Made by a program: the position numbers and the translations under genes | Assembly (NCBI RefSeq): GCF_035594765.1 | Contig: NC_085843.1 | Span: 210,963,971 to 211,027,970, forward strand | DNA length: 64,000 nt | Direction: 5' to 3' | Origin: Anolis carolinensis | Taxonomy: Eukaryota | Shown here: piece by piece, positions 23,860 to 40,030 of the stretch | How positions within the stretch are numbered: the first letter of the stretch is position 1 | Layout of the letters: every line of letters starts with the position of its first letter | Notes under the pieces: model-generated | Databases searched by the model: none | Seen by the model: only the letters and a program-made list of their open reading frames with translations | What the model was told of the DNA's origin: nothing

Positions 23860-26646
23860 TAGTAACACAGCTGAGAAGGTCACTGCTCTAGCGGAGTATA
23901 TTATTTGATGAATTTATAGGCTACTTACATGATCTGTACAATGCATTTCGAGAATCACTGAGATAACACCTGGTTCTTTTTTGAGGATTTCTCATAACAA
24001 ATGAACAGTCTATTACTGAGTATTACACTACTCAGTCATATACTGAATATGAAGTGCAAGTTGCTATCATATGTCAAAAGAATAGTGTTATTTTTTTCAG
24101 TTGCATTGCTGACTACAGATGGAAAGTAGGCAGGACAATCTCCTGGTTGAAATGAAATTGTGACATGACTGTGATATCTGGTCATAGGGCTACCTTGTTC
24201 CAATGAAAAACACAAATGGCTCATCTGAACAAAGTGCCACAATCCCACTTGCTCACCTCATAGAGGTGACAGCTGCAAGAAATGCCACTTTCAATATGAG
24301 GAGACATTCAATAGTAGAAACCTCTGGTTTGAAAAGTTTGCAGATCAGCTACAAAAATACTAGACACAATGGCCATAGCAAAGGAAATAAAGTCACCAGT
24401 TGATTGAAGTGCAATAGATGTTTTAGAAACTTCTTAAGAATGGGATGTAAGGATAGTGTGACTGATCTAGGAGGCACTGGTTGATATGCTACAATCATAG
24501 CCAAATAAATGCTCAATGAAGAGAAGGCCAGTCCTTGCTTGCAAAGATGTAATAGGAAATGCAGGATAGTAGAACCCCCTGCAGATGAAACAAGTTTCTA
24601 TCTAGAGATCACAAAGGAACAGAATTACTACAGTGTGCTGTATTTATATATATAGCAATATCTTTCCCAGTAGCTGACAAAACTGACATGGGTTTAAGAT
24701 AGTGGTTCTCAATCTGTGGGTCCCCAGATGTTTTGGCCTTCAATTCCCAGAAATCCTAACAACTGGTAAACTGGAGTCTGTGCAGGCACAAAACCCATGT
24801 GCGTGAGGCACAGAAATGATGAAGATAAGCTTTAAATAGCCAGTGGCAAGAAGTCTCATTGCCAAATGTTTGGACCTAAACATATTACAGTGGAAAACTT
24901 AGATGACAAAGTAAAAAGACACTTAATGGAAAGACTTTGAACAAGTTAATGTCATTGATAATCAAGCTCAAGGAGTTTGTGAATTCTGAAAGATGAAAGA
25001 TATTAAATATATAAATTCAATTATAAAGCTTTTGAAGATTTTTTCTCTCTCTGCAACTACTTGCATTATGTTTGAGGGGAAGGGGAACTGGCTAACACCT
25101 AAAAATTTACTGGTTGAAAGTGGGGGGCAGGGAGTCATGTTCCTTGCCTTCCAGAACTTTACAGTTCTTTCAGTCAATATATATGATTGATTTCCTAATG
25201 TAGTCTGTATAAAACCAAGAAAGTGTTTGGAACAGAATTTTAATTTTTGAAAGACAGACTAATAGGTAACAATTTACAGAAGGAGGGAGTTTTCAAAACA
25301 CCTTATTTTATTAATTAAAGTTACAATTAAAGCTGCAATCTTTAATCCACAGTGTTTAAGTGAGTATTCTAATTTAATTTTGTCATTCCCTATTAAATAC
25401 AGTCATAGGAAGCTTATCAGAATTAAAATCTGTTTTGCAGTAATCTCGAGGACTATAAATTAAGAACTTTTATCCATTAGTGTAACCATAGGGTAAATAG
25501 TATTTTACAGATAGTATATGGGAAAGGTATGCACTCTTCTTTGTTAGAAGTGCTACATTTTCCACTGCAGTACAATATTGTTATCCTTCATGAGTATAGA
25601 TTTAATGTCAGGAAAAATATGACAATCAGAATATTGCTTGCCACCTTACAGAATCAGTAATTTTATACATCAAACAGGCAAAAATATTTCATCATGTTGT
25701 CAGGGTTCATTTCTCTTGTGCAACAAACAAAAATGAATTCAGAAAACACCTCATTTATCTTCATTGTCATAAGTAGCTGCCTATTGTAACTAAGAATTGC
25801 AAAATATCAACAAAAGAGATAGGTAATCACACATGAAGTCATCATATACCTGTTCACATATATGAGACCAATGCCATTTCTCAAACAGATCTATAGCCAA
25901 ACTGATATATTTCTCATTCCCACTCCAAATTTCATAAAAATAGCCCTTAAATATGAACCTACTTAAAATTCAAAGTAGCTAGAACCATTACACAGAGAAA
26001 TGTTAATACAAAATTTAAAATAAACACATGCAGCAACACATATTGCGTTTCAATCTTCATCCATCATAACAAAAAGTTTTCACTGAGTGAAAATAGGTTA
26101 ATATTGGATTATTTTTGTCCTTTTAAAAAAAGTTGTGCCCGTAAAATATCTAAAAATTATAATTCTGGTTCTATGTGGATTCTGTACCAAAACAAACTTG
26201 GGAACTGAAGAGTTGAAGGTGAAACTGACCATTTATCCAAAAAGCTATGTGAAAACACAGCATCTTTCTATAGATAATACATTTTCTTCTCAAGGAGACA
26301 CTGAGGTTGTTTTTTTAAAGATGTAAGAAGGTCTGCGGAATAACTAAAACTGGATAACTGAATAATGAAGCCACACGAAGACAGAAAAATTGGTCAGTTT
26401 CACCACTTGCAGCATAGGTCAGCAACTTCTTTAGAAAGGACTAAAAATTAATTTGTCATAGTTTAAATCATCTGTATCGAGGAGGCAAAAAGAGTGGACA
26501 GTTCTACATACTTTGTACATGTTAGGGGAAGAGAGATGATCACATATGCAAAACCAACTAATAACCACATAGCAATATTTTATGGATACAGGATGTTTAT
26601 GATTCAGGCACAATTTAAAAATGCCTCCCAAAAAATTTGAGCTTCA

Positions 26647-26973
<327 letters not shown>

Positions 26974-28438
26974 TTAGCCAAGAATTAGACCACTTTTACG
27001 TGTAACGTGCTATTTTAAAATATTTAAAGTGATTACAGGTTTTATACACACTTGCACAATTTGTGGACCACAATGCCAAATACAATCTGTCTTCCTCTTC
27101 TTCATTTTTTACATTTTTTACATTATGTGAATTCATCCTAATGTTTCACCCTGTAAATCTAGTTCAGAAATACCAGTATTATGAAGCATTTTCCAGTTCA
27201 GAATTATTTAACATCACTGAAAATTCAAAACTAGACAACTCTGTTTAGAGCACACTTGATATGTGTCCCAAATCCAAAAAGCCAACACTATATTGTAATG
27301 GATTTTAAGAGTAATGTAAGAAAAGAAGATGGAGCTGACTAATGGGATGGGAGAAGGGCGGGAGCTGCAGAGCATGGCCAAAATATGTTATGTTATCCAA
27401 TATCTACACATATAAGGAGTGTCATCTTTCAAATCTTTATTTCACATTTTGTACAAATTTCTACACTGACTTTCTTATCAGTCAAAACTGTTTACAACAA
27501 ACAAAATCCAAAGAAAGCAATATCAAGTAAAAGTCAGAATACAGTGCAGGAAGGCATCAGAGATAAAAACCTGATGCTCAGCAATAAAAACCAACCTAGT
27601 ACAAGGAAGAAAGAAAGGGAATCTGGGCCTCATGGGACAAGCTGTTCCTTAACAAGGCTACAGGAAAAGGCCCTACCTCCTGTTAGACGTAATCCTGATT
27701 CCACACACTTTGTAACAGCCAAACTTGTAGAGGGCATTAAGTAACCAGAGCACAAATGATTCTGACTTTCAAGGTATTTCACGGTGTAACTAAGACATGC
27801 ATTGCCATAACACACTATTTGATCTGACTACATGAAGAGACAAAATTGGTGAATCAATGTAAACTGAACAATTGCATTTCTGGCCACTGCCATAATCAGG
27901 GCACCAGCCAAATCCAGGAGTAGTCCCCCCCCCCCCAAACTACTGTGATTTTTTTTTTTAGGAAGCAGTACCTCAACCAATAATAGATTGAATATTTCCT
28001 TTGGACAGCAGCACTTTTGACTGTCTGAATTTTGTAACCTATATCTTAGTAGACATAACACCAGCATTCAAGAAAAAAACTACAAATAAACAGTAACACA
28101 AGGGCAATCATACACAATACTTTGCAGGTACCATTCATTGCTGTCATGTAGTGCATCAGAACTCTATTATCTTAATCTACTGGTATATTATGAGTTGCCA
28201 TTGGTCTTGCACTGGGAATATTTGTTCATGTATGTGTGCATTCAGTCGGCACTCCATATATGTGAGGGTTAGGGGCATAGAGATCCTGCAAAAGTGGAAA
28301 AAACATGAATATCTCCAGGGGCAAGGCAATACTTTCTTGTGGAGCCAGCAAGTGGGAGGGGGGTCACTGCTCTTTCAACTATCCCAAAAAAAAGGGGGGG
28401 GGGAGCTGCAATCATCTTTGCCAGCCAACTCTGGAAGC

Positions 28439-28632
28439 GGAATGTTGCGTGGTTTCTGGGCTGTATGGCCATGTTCTAGCAGCATTTTCTCCTGACGTTT
28501 CACCTGTATCTGTGGCTGGCATCTTCAGATGATGCAGGTGAAATATGTCAGGATAAAATGCTGCTAGAACATGGCCATATAACCCGGAAACCACATAACA
28601 CTCCAGTGATTCCAGCCGTGAAAGCCTTCGAC
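28439..28632. mobile_element. Penelope-like element remnant in inverted arrangement, with a minimal hammerhead core
   Basis: Inverted repeat ~28439-28510/28532-28604; minus strand CTGAAGA-TGCC..GGT-GAAACGTC-AGGAG. Confidence 0.65.
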
Positions 28633-31600
28633 TAAACTCTTCAAGTGTAGGCACCTGCTAGTTGCCTGATTTCGTTGGCAAAGGGGCTCATTGCTGTCCT
28701 GCCTCTCCTGTACCTTTTTTTTTTTTGGGGGGGGGGGGGGAGAAAGTCAACCAACTCTGGCAAAGTGACTTGCTGCTCCGTCACCTCTTCTGAGACCATA
28801 GGAGGGGTAGGGCAGAAGTAAATCAGTTTGCCAACCAACTTGGGCAGTCAGTCAGTACATACCATGTCATCACATTGAAGCTGGGAAGTGTTGGAATGAA
28901 ACAGATGATTTCCCTATGTTCATCACACAATTTAATGTATTGTGGTACTCAGCATTCAAACTATAATTCCCAAGACTGAACAGAATGGAAACATGGCATA
29001 ATCATCATCATCATCATCCTTCTCTCCTGGCTTTCCCATGCAACACAAAGCACAGGCACTGGCACAGGCACAGGCATGGAAAGGGAAGAGAAGTGAAAGG
29101 CTATTTTTTTTAAAAAAAATGTTCTGGCAAAATAAAAACTTGGTGAGCAAAAGGTAATGCTCTCCCTAACAAAAGTACTTTTGGCTGCTCCCACAATTTC
29201 CCTTCCACACATTGGGGAAACCTTTCATTTTAAACCTGGGAGCAACAAATGCCATCACATTGGAGAATTGGCCAAACATCCAGATCATTACCAAAAATCC
29301 AGTTCCCCACCACCTCATGAAACATTTGAAAAGAATGCTGCATAAAACATGGAAAGAATGCTCTATCCTACACTTGAAGCCAAACTAATGTGATGAGAAC
29401 AATGGCTTCCCAGATGTTAAGTGCAGTACTTAGTGAAATTTAGTAAATGTGATGAAGTAGATTGAGGTGGTCAAAAAGCAGCTCTTTGCCACCCTGCCTA
29501 TCCCGTAGCCTCAGAAGAGGTGTTGTAAGAACAACAAGCTGACCAATTCTCCCTGCCAGAGTTGCCATTCTGCCTCTTTCGAAGTTATGGGAAGAGCAGG
29601 CAACATCTTACTGTTAAAGGCATTCATTTTAAAACAAACACTGGATGTTTAGAGGAATGCTGTTTTATGAGGTGGTCCCAGCACTGTGATTAACTTGAAA
29701 TCAACACACCACATTCTACAGTTCTTCCACATTCTCTAGGTTAGGGTCACAGGACCTCCACAAAAGTGAAAAGCCACAAATAATAAAATAACTATTTTTT
29801 TAACTTGGAGAACATCTCTCTGGGAATTCCTAGGTCTTCCAGCATGACTCTATGGTCAACATCTGCTGGAAGCTGACCACAGAATTGACTACAGAAGTGC
29901 CCCAACTAAGGCCCACGGGCCAGTTGCGGAACTCCAAGGTCATTTACCCACCACCCAGCTATAACATCACCCTAAATCTGAAATGACTTGAAGGCACACA
30001 ACAATCCTAATTAACTTGACTATCTTATTAGTCAAAAACAGACCCACACTTCCCATTGAAATGCTGGTAAGTTTATGCTGGTTAAAATTGTTCTTCATTT
30101 TAAATATTGTATACTTCTTTCATGGGTTTTTTTGCACTACAAATAAGTTAGTGCAGTATGCATAGAATTTATTCAAGTCTTTTTCTGGACCCCCAACAGT
30201 CTGAGGAACTGTGAACTGGACATCTGTTTAAAAGTTTGAGCGCTACTGGTCTAGGTCCTCCAACATAACAGAAGAAAGCTGACAATTGGAGGACCTACAC
30301 ATTCCGAGAAAGAATGTTTTAAATAAAATCTGTGAATAATCCACGAAAGTCAAAACCCTTTTGTGGAGGGACAACCATACTGACCATACATGTTTCATTC
30401 TTCACTTTTCTTAAGATTCTGACTATCAGTATCATGATAGCCCTTTTTCGTTCATATTTTCATATGGCCCTAATAAAGATGTTGCCTAACCCCTACATGG
30501 CTTACTTTGTTTTGTTAATAAATTGCAAAATTTCAAATGAAACACTTTTGGAATTTTGAGTGTTGCAGGTGTTCAGAAAATAGCAATTATTGGTATATCC
30601 AATCACAAAACACTCATTTTCAAGCAGGCAACCCTTGTGACTCGTGACACAAAAATGGATGATGCTCCCAAACACATACTTTACAACATAATGCCAACTA
30701 ACTAAAAACACACAAAGCAGGACAACCTTGACCATCAAACACTCATTTCTAGTGAAATACACACTACACAAAAACCAACAAAACCCAGGCAATAGATATT
30801 ACAAACGGGAAAGTAAGCTGTATTAAGATCTGTTTACTTATGTATCTTGGATACATTTGTTTTCTACTGTTTGTGTATCAGGGTTTTTTTTTTACCAAAT
30901 TATAATGACGTCAGGACCTAAATACTCAAAAGGTGTTTCGCTAAACAGAGTTGGGCATGGTTAGTATTTGGATGGGAGACCATCAATAAATAGAGCTGCA
31001 GGCTCTATGTCAAAGAAAGGATTGTCAGAGAAAATTGTAAAATTCATGGGATTGCCAAAAGTCAAAAAGTAACATGCACACACACACGGCCACCAACATT
31101 ATTTAGTCAATGAAAAAAATGCATTAAAATGTGTATAATAACAAATGGGACTAGCAAAAATGAAAATATGTTCACATAGAAACCAACAGATTTTCAAAGC
31201 TGTAACAGATAGACAGACACACTCACACAGTCACAAGTAAAATATACAACACAACACTTCCCACCCCAAATCCACAATAAAACAGCTTCGGACATTCTGA
31301 GACATCAAGATGGTGCTAGAAGTTGATCAATCAAACTTTACAGTGTGCTATCTTCCCAGTATGAAATAATAACTACCACCCAAAGAAATGTGAGGGGGAG
31401 TGAATTTGGCAGGCATTTAGGCACAATGTCCATGGTACTATGCATATAAAGAAACAGCAGTCATGTTTCAAACATACTACATTGTTTAATATCGTGAGGA
31501 AGGTTCAGGCTGATCTACTTCCCATCCCCTCTCATGCATCTTATGCACAGAAGAATAAATTAAGGTTTAGGTTTAAGTCCAAACTATGCTAAGATGTTTT

Positions 31601-31853
31601 AGCAAAAAAATTCTGTGTTCTTCAAAAGATATTTCCATTCAAGTATTTTCTGGAAATTGCTCTCCTTTGGAATTGTTAGACACAGATCAGAATTTTTAGA
31701 ATTACGTTTTATTTAAAAAAAAATACTTATTTGATATTAACAATCTAGGACCCATACAGAAAATAATAGATATCGAACTACTAGGGAACTTAAAGCTTGT
31801 TACAACACTAATCTTCCTTCTCAGTTCAAGAGAAACAAAACAAAATAACATAC

Positions 31854-31897
31854 CTCTGCAGTTAAATTTGGCGGTATCATAATGTCGTTCAGCACAT
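31854..31897 (-). CDS. PTEN: PTEN exon 4 (44 nt, CAERHYDTAKFNCR)
   Basis: TTTCAG acceptor, GTATGT donor; contains Cys71. Confidence 0.97.
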
Positions 31898-34800
31898 CTG
31901 AAAGAAAATTATGATATGTTAAGTACAAATTTCATATCTACCATGGAGACACATTTACTACATTCATATACTTTTCAAAACTCCATCACAACAATGGCAA
32001 AAAAAAAAAAAAGCACATTAATATCTGACTAAATGGAAGTTCCAGATATCTTGAATCAGAAGTTCCAAGACAAATCATGCATATCTGAAAATGGAATCTA
32101 AAACATTTGGAAGTTTTCTTAAGGAAACCTAAACACACATAATAGGCCCTCTCTCCTTTGTGATAGTACAAATTGTAACATAAATTCATATACATTTGTA
32201 GCAAAGATATAGTATATGCCAACATATTTACACCAGATGCCAAAGTGATGCAACTGATTGTACCACAAACAAACAGATACTCCATTGTGTAAATGCTGAT
32301 TAGTTCACCAAACATCAAGGCAAAAGTGAGAAAAGGAGTTGAGTATATGCCAGGAGAATGATTGGTTATATTAGGTATTGAACTTACACAATCTCTGAGA
32401 AAGAAAAATGCTTATGCAGCTTTACACTATGATTGCATTTGACAAGATTCTGGTCTAATGCTTAAATAAAGGGTTGGAATCATGCTGCCCTTCCGAATGT
32501 TACTGGACTGAAAATCCTAGCACTCTTACCCATGTTGTTTATAACTGCTGGGAGTTGCTGCTCCAAAAATATAAAAGTATTATTTCCATCTTTGGCTTAA
32601 ATCCTCTTAACTGATCAGATAAGAATACTAGACATGCTGTGATGTCCACTGGTAGAAATGGGGAAATAATGTGTTAGTGCCATGAAGTATGGGACTTGGA
32701 AAAGGAAAATCTATTGTGTTAATCATGATGTGCGCTTAGTGGGTCCAACAGTTCGTTAACTTCTAGCTTTAAAATCTGATCCTTCTGTAAAGATAGAAAG
32801 GGAACTTCTATCTATATCACCCTCAGCTTTCAACAGAAAGGCTGGGATAAAACAAACCTTTGATTAATATGATAAGCCCAGAATATTTCTATTTCCCAAG
32901 AAGAATTATTATTTATTGGCCTATTTATAAATATAGAGTTATTGTGAACAATAGATTTAGTATTAAAATACTATATATTAACTGGCTAGTAAACAAACAT
33001 CTATCATCCTAGAATTAGGCACAATACTACTTATCAAGCTGGATGTACAGTCTATAATTTGATAAAATACAAAAAATATATGAATAAACAAACAGGTGGA
33101 GGAGTCTCCTATGTGGATCCAGACAACTTTTGCTTTCTTACAGTGTATTTAGACTAGAATTCTTTAATTATACCCTCTATCCTAATACTATTTCTCACAG
33201 GTTGCAAACTTAGCTTCCCCAGCTCTAATTCCTATTTCTGATCTATTACTAAATTGCTGAATTTTGTTCCCAAGCATACAAAAAGTTGGATACAAGTGGG
33301 CAAAAAGAGAAGCAATCACAATACGTGAATGGATATTGCTCTCAGTGAATGGTACAATAGAGCAAATGTAGTGTTAATATCTTCAGATCATGAAAATAAA
33401 TTTGTACAACAGCCAGAAGTGCTCATATAGATGCACTACAGTTCATCGTTTAATCAGACTCACTCTTCCAGGCAGTGGACATTCATTGCTTTAGGAATAA
33501 TGGTCAGGCTATATACATACAACCATTGGTACAGTGAATTGAATTGTGAATAAGCAACAGTCATAACTTATTTGTAATTCAACTAAGGAAAGTATCAGAT
33601 CCAGTAGAAAAATATGATAATGTCCAAATATGTCTTATCAAAAGTTTATCACAGTAAATAATTCAATTTACTGACACAAAGTTAGGCAGATACTCAGTGT
33701 AATAGATAACACTAAATTAATACAATATTTTAGCTGTCAGGAACCATGTTATTGCAGTGCATACAATTTCTTTTGGAAAGAATACCATGTTTGACATATT
33801 TTTGATTCAGTTACAATCATTCATTTTCATTTATTTTTTATTCACCATCAAATAATATGCCACATGTAGTATAAAAGGCATAATCCAAAAATATTATCGG
33901 ATAGTACGAAGTTGAAGAAGTGTGTATTGGAAGTTCAACTGTACCATTACAACTGAGGGATGTTCTTGACTGGCAACTATTACCGTGATTTTATATCCCT
34001 TAGAAGACCGATAACATTGTCATGCTATGCTTAGTGCAAACGAACCACAGCTTTCAGATTTGTCACTGTAACTAGTTTAAGAACAGATGTTACTTACTAT
34101 TTCTATAGCCTTATGAATGCAAACTTCTATCTCCATTAAGAGAAAGAAATAATGAGCTGAAACACAGGGTGCTTAGTCAACTCAAGGCAAATGAGACCAA
34201 GCAAATAGGTCTTTGTATGCATAATTAAAATGACTGGAAAATAGAGAATGTTAATTTAATAGTTCATATAGTTTCAAACATAAACTTTTAAATGAAAAAT
34301 GAAGGGTAAATTCACATAGCCCACTGTTTTAATAGAAGGGCTTGGCCAACTGTTTTGAAATTAGTTACATACCGTATGTAGAACCTAAGATCAAATAATG
34401 ATAATGTAAAGGCTTAGTTTAGTGAAGCAACTATAGCTGCTTCCAGAGAGGAACAGCATGATGACAGTTATCTACACTGTTATTCATGGAAATTAATTTT
34501 AATGTGGTATGGTATATGTCAGGTTGCCAGCACTGACAATGAAAAGTCTGTACAAGATCCCTATTTGTGAATATTTTTAACCTCATAAGTGCTAAAGAGT
34601 TTGGCACCTGAAAATAATGTTTTTAAAGTTGTAAACAAATATAATACTTGTGGGGCCAACTTATTCTAGATCAACCTTATAATTCTAGATCAACCTTATA
34701 ATACTGATATTCTAAACTTTTAATGCACAATTGATGGCTGCTACATTTAATTCTCACTTATTCTAGTAATTTTGTTTTGAATACATTTTGTAGTATTTGT

Positions 34801-36169
34801 TTTACTGGTTTAGTATTATCTTTTACTGTAAACTGTTTTGGTTTTCTCATCATTTAAATAAGCAACTAATTTATCAACCCCAAGAAAAATGAGACAGGAA
34901 AATTTATGAGTTGTGTTTTAAAGTTTCTGTTCTTGTGTATTGAAGGAAAATTTATTTCATCTAGGAACATCTATTTTATCCCAATTATGCTCTTGTTCTA
35001 GTAAACCAACAGAAACTATATCAGGGATCAACTGTTTCAGACCACAACTGTGCACAGGGCATAATTTCTTCAACATAGTGATAAATTAATGAAAATACCT
35101 AAACTACATGCTGAATTGAAAATCAGACTTATGAGGTCAGCATTATAGTAAAAGAAAATCATATCTGAAATGTTAGATTTAAGTATTTGTTCCGCATGAA
35201 CCACTTTTTTAATCTGTCTTTTTTAATACTAAAATAGTGACGGGTTTCTTCCAAATTTACTATAATTATAGAGACCAATGCTAACTTCTTCTCAAAATGG
35301 CAACTCAAAGTAACATCATATCACATCACTTCTGATTGCCATTTTGGCAGGCTTTGATAGAGAGAGAAATATCTGGAAGTGTCTTTGGGGTGTCATCATG
35401 CAACCAACGGGCTTTCTGATCAATTTAAGAAGAAAGGTATCTCAAAATCACTATGATTTTTTTTAAATAGAAGGAAGAAGGTTTTGGGGAACTTCAAGGG
35501 CTCCAAGACTGCAAATGAGGATACTGAGGGTTACACACTGCTCATGGATCATGCTTTCCCTACCCTTGATATAAGGCTTAGATTCCCTTACATGAAATTT
35601 AATTACCATATGTACTCATATAAAAGTAAAACTGAGCTGACATACATCGGTCAATGCTGAAAGAGGGACTCAGTGAAGGTATTGTCAAGAAGCAAAGGTA
35701 AGATGTTCCCCTTAACAATGCCTTCACTTCGGGTCCCTATTTCAGGACTGATCATCACCCATCCCTTGCCCAAACTAGAGAATGAAAATCAGCCCTTCAG
35801 AGAGAGAAAGGGGGGCGGGATCTGAAACACAAATGTAGCCTAAGAATAGCAAACTAAAATTTTCCCGAAGATATACTGTAATGAAATAATGCACAACAAT
35901 TTTGTATCACTGCAAAGATATCAACAGAAAACATTTTAATCACTTTCCTTTATCACAATGTTAGAGGATGAAAAGTGAGCTGTTAATCCACTGAAAACAT
36001 TCACCCTCCCACTAACTTCACCTGTGCCAAATAATTAAACCATGCTTACATTCATCATTTTCAGAATACCTCTGAAGTCTAGCTTAGCAGTAAAAAGATT
36101 TTCATTTACTCTATAAATCATATTTAAGATCAACACATGACAGTAAGTATAACTGAGAAACATACTTAC

Positions 36170-36214
36170 AGATTGTATATCTTGTAATGGTTTTTATGCT
36201 TTGAATCCAAAAAC
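36170..36214 (-). CDS. PTEN: PTEN exon 3 (45 nt, FLDSKHKNHYKIYNL)
   Basis: TTTAAG acceptor, GTAAGT donor, PTEN peptide. Confidence 0.97.
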
Positions 36215-37021
36215 CTTAAAGAAAAACAGGGAATTCAAATATATGTGGGATACCAATGTTTTAAACTGCTACTCAATAATATATATACATAGTCAGCTAG
36301 AATCCTGATATTAATTTTCAAATCAGAAATTCATTTCACATGTGTGGAGTACCTAGTCCTACTGCTCTTTTCTTAAGAGCTAATAAGTTAGGGTCATAGT
36401 ACCAAAATGTAACTGCATATTTAAATTTAAAAAGCATTCCGATTATTCAAGTTGCAGAAGTAAAGTTGTAACACAATATAATGTCATTTAACAGATGTCG
36501 TTCCAAGGTTGCATAAAAGCTGTTTTAACATGAAGAAAAGTAAATTAAATTCTTAAAAGTGATATTTATTTCTGGATTTCATAGAATATATTTCAAATCA
36601 AGTGAAAGGAAAACCAGGAATTCAGAACCTGTTCCCACAAACTATATTATAATTCCATTTTAACTCATACTTGCCAAACATCTGTGATTATTCCCCAATA
36701 ACTTGAAAAAGTTGAAGCAGACATCTAATGTGACTAGTCACTCGTTCTCACTGGCTATGCACACTTTCTGATTTCACTAAGTGTGGATAAGATGATGCTG
36801 AGGAAACAAACCTAAGACTCAGTAAGAGTAGGTTCAAATTTACGCAACTATACAGGTAAACGATAACATAAACAGACCTCACATTTATTGGGCAATAGAT
36901 GTCCAACTAATTATAAATGCCAGTCAAAGAAGTATCCCTGATAAAAATTGATCTATTGAATCACAACTAATCAAAGCTCCAAAAAAAATTAACAGAACCA
37001 GTACATCACACAATTCCACTG

Positions 37022-37166
37022 GACATGAGAGAAGCCTCCCACAAGGATGGTAAAAACATCAAAACATCTAGGCGTCCCCTGGGCTATGTCCTCGCAGACG
37101 GCCAATTCTCTCACACCAGAAGCGACTTGCAGTTTCTCAAGTCACTCCTGACACGAGAAAAAAAAA
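37022..37166 (+). mobile_element. Truncated retroelement 3' end with A tail
   Basis: CpG-containing segment ending CTCCTGACACGAG-A9; family not certain. Confidence 0.4.
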
Positions 37167-40030
37167 CTCGACCAAGTAAGATCTCACAAAGGCTACACTC
37201 ACATATAAATCCACCAAACCATGGTTTAAAGTTAGCTTGGGAAAAATGAAGTACTAGTTAGTCATAGTCACACTACAGAAAAAAAATTATTCTGGATATT
37301 AAGACCAGAAGTTATTCTACAATATTGAATTTACACTGCCTTTTTCTGGATGACTTGCAGTATGTCTGGACATCAAATTAAGACAAGTTGGAATTATCTA
37401 ACATCTTCTCATGCTTAGCAAGCTACATACAAAAAAATGAAAGGTAATAGCACCCATAGCCAAATTTATTTTAAATTGGATATTGATGACTGTATATTAT
37501 GCTACAATTACATATCACCATCTTATCAAGCTGCAACTGACCAATAAAAACATCGAATCAACCCCGATATGTCATTGCAAGTTCTGTAAAAAAAAAACCA
37601 ATAGCATTATTTTATGCCCCTTCACACTGTTTGCTGGCTCAGAGTAATTTATCCAATAATAGTATAACAGATATTGTACAAATGTGAATACAATGTTACA
37701 GAAACCTTGGGTTTGAAGTTTGCCAGGACAACATCACTATTTGTCAGAGAAGGCTAAAGACTTGTAAAAAGTCTTTGTATTTTCCTGTATGGCAAGGAGC
37801 TGTACTTGTGGTCTCTTCCATCTCTATAATTCTACGTACAGCTCCCATAAGTCTACAGATTCTACAGTGTAGATGCACCCTCGGTCAACATGCTTTTAAG
37901 AAGGCATATCTTATTAGGTCACTCACTGATTATATTAATACTCTCATTGTAGCTACTGAAATATATTTTACTTGTAGCAACATCCTCAAATACACAAGAG
38001 AGTGTTCAAGTGAATAATTTAACTATTACATGTCAACTTAAGTTGAATTTTCAGTTCGGTACAGTCAAAAATTGTTGCAGAACAGAAGACACTGAAAAGA
38101 CCAGATATTTGGGAATAAAACAGAGGATACGCCACATGGACTCAGTCAGTAACCCCGACAAAATACAAAACAGCTTCATCCAGATTCTAGTACCTGTCAT
38201 GACTTCCTATTTCCTGGTCCATAGTATCAGTACATGAACTGTGGTGCTCGACACAGTTTGCACAGTTAGTGCACTACCTGTGCCTGTTCCTGGAGATGTT
38301 TGATCTGACTATGGTGAGATTCCTTGGTTGCAACCCATTTGAATTACTGTAATGAGCTCTATATGGGGCTGCCTTTGTTAGAATGCTTAGAAACTTCAGC
38401 CACTCTAAAAGCTGTAGCCAAAATGTTAACTGGCACTTGATACAGGGAGCACACAACTCCCTTGTTGCAATAGATTCACTGGCTGCCAATCTGTTTCCGG
38501 GCACAATTCTAGGTGCTGTGACCTATAAAGTCCTACACAGCTTGGGTTCAGGCTATAGTGAAGGATTGTGTCACCCTATAAAAGACTGTGAGGAGTTCAG
38601 AATATGCCCTTCTCTGTCTTCACTACTTCCTAGGTATGTTTGGAAGGAACAAAGGAACAGACCTTCCCAGTGACTGTTAAATGGATATTAGAACTCCTCC
38701 CCTCCCCAACAAATGAAATCTTTCTAATTCTGCCAAGACATTAGGAACTGACTACAAGGGATTTTAAATATGCGCTGTTTTGTTAATTCTTTAATATAAT
38801 GTCTTTTAAGGAATTTTAAATAATTTTAATTCCATAGTTTTGAAAATAAAAACGTTTGTGTGTGCATGCACATATGGCTGTTTTATGTTTTTCATTTGTA
38901 TTGGATTTAATATTTTGTAAGTTATCTTGGGCCCCAATATTGAACCATGCCAAAGGTCAAATGCCAATGAAGAAACAATAACAAATTATAACAACAATTC
39001 TGTTTTCAAAATAGGACTCCTTTCAAAAAAGCTGTAAGGTATTTTTAGTTAATTGCCGTTATCCACCAAACTCTATATGGATTTCTCAAAATTAAGCCCA
39101 TGAATTAAACTTTTCAACCTTTAACACTCTACTTGCATTTTATTTTTTTTCATTTCTCCATTCCATTAACTGAAATTATTTTTCTTACATCTAAATGGCT
39201 CCAATTATCTCAAGAACATATGCAGAAATCTAATTTCAAACAATGGCTATTATCTTGATCTTTTTAAAAAAACATTGTCCACTTCACTGGTTTCTATATA
39301 TTCTTGGTAGATCGATGCAACTAGGTAATACATGTATAACAGATATAACAACAGCATGGTAGCCATTGTTTCAGCAATCTTCTATTGTTTGATTCATCTG
39401 ATCCCATTAAGCTTATTTTCTGTGGAAGTACACATTTCTTAATCTTCGACTTTAAAGGGGTTTTCTTTTAAGCCTCAAATTTTGTGTTAAAAGATTTCTA
39501 TTTCACAGATATACCTGCAGCAACCATTTATATTTTCCCAAAATAATTTCTACTACAATCAAGAACTTTTTAAGTATGTACTTAATATATATTTAAAGTG
39601 TTTAAAATCTGTATATGTTCTCTTAATATAAACGCATGTCTTTCAAATGTTATATATTTTAATGGTTTTATTGGTTTTAACTATGCATTTTAAATTTTCT
39701 ATGCTTAATTCTATTTTAATGGTTATATATGTTAGGTTTTAATTCACATGTTATGGTTTTTAATGTTAGCTGATTTGTGTTTCTTTTGGCAGATAATAAG
39801 CAGGGTATAAATACATATAATAATATTAATATGCATTTGATTCAATAAGAAAACATATGCTGTAAAACATATGCTTCCATGTTTAAAGCAAACATAATTG
39901 GACAAGACCTAGGAATCATAGGAAAGGTTTAGGTTTACTTAAGAGTCATCCTGTTTCACACTATACATTTAGGGTATCTTTAGGTTATCCAAAAGTGTTT
40001 TTGATTTTGAAATACTTTTATTTGCATATA

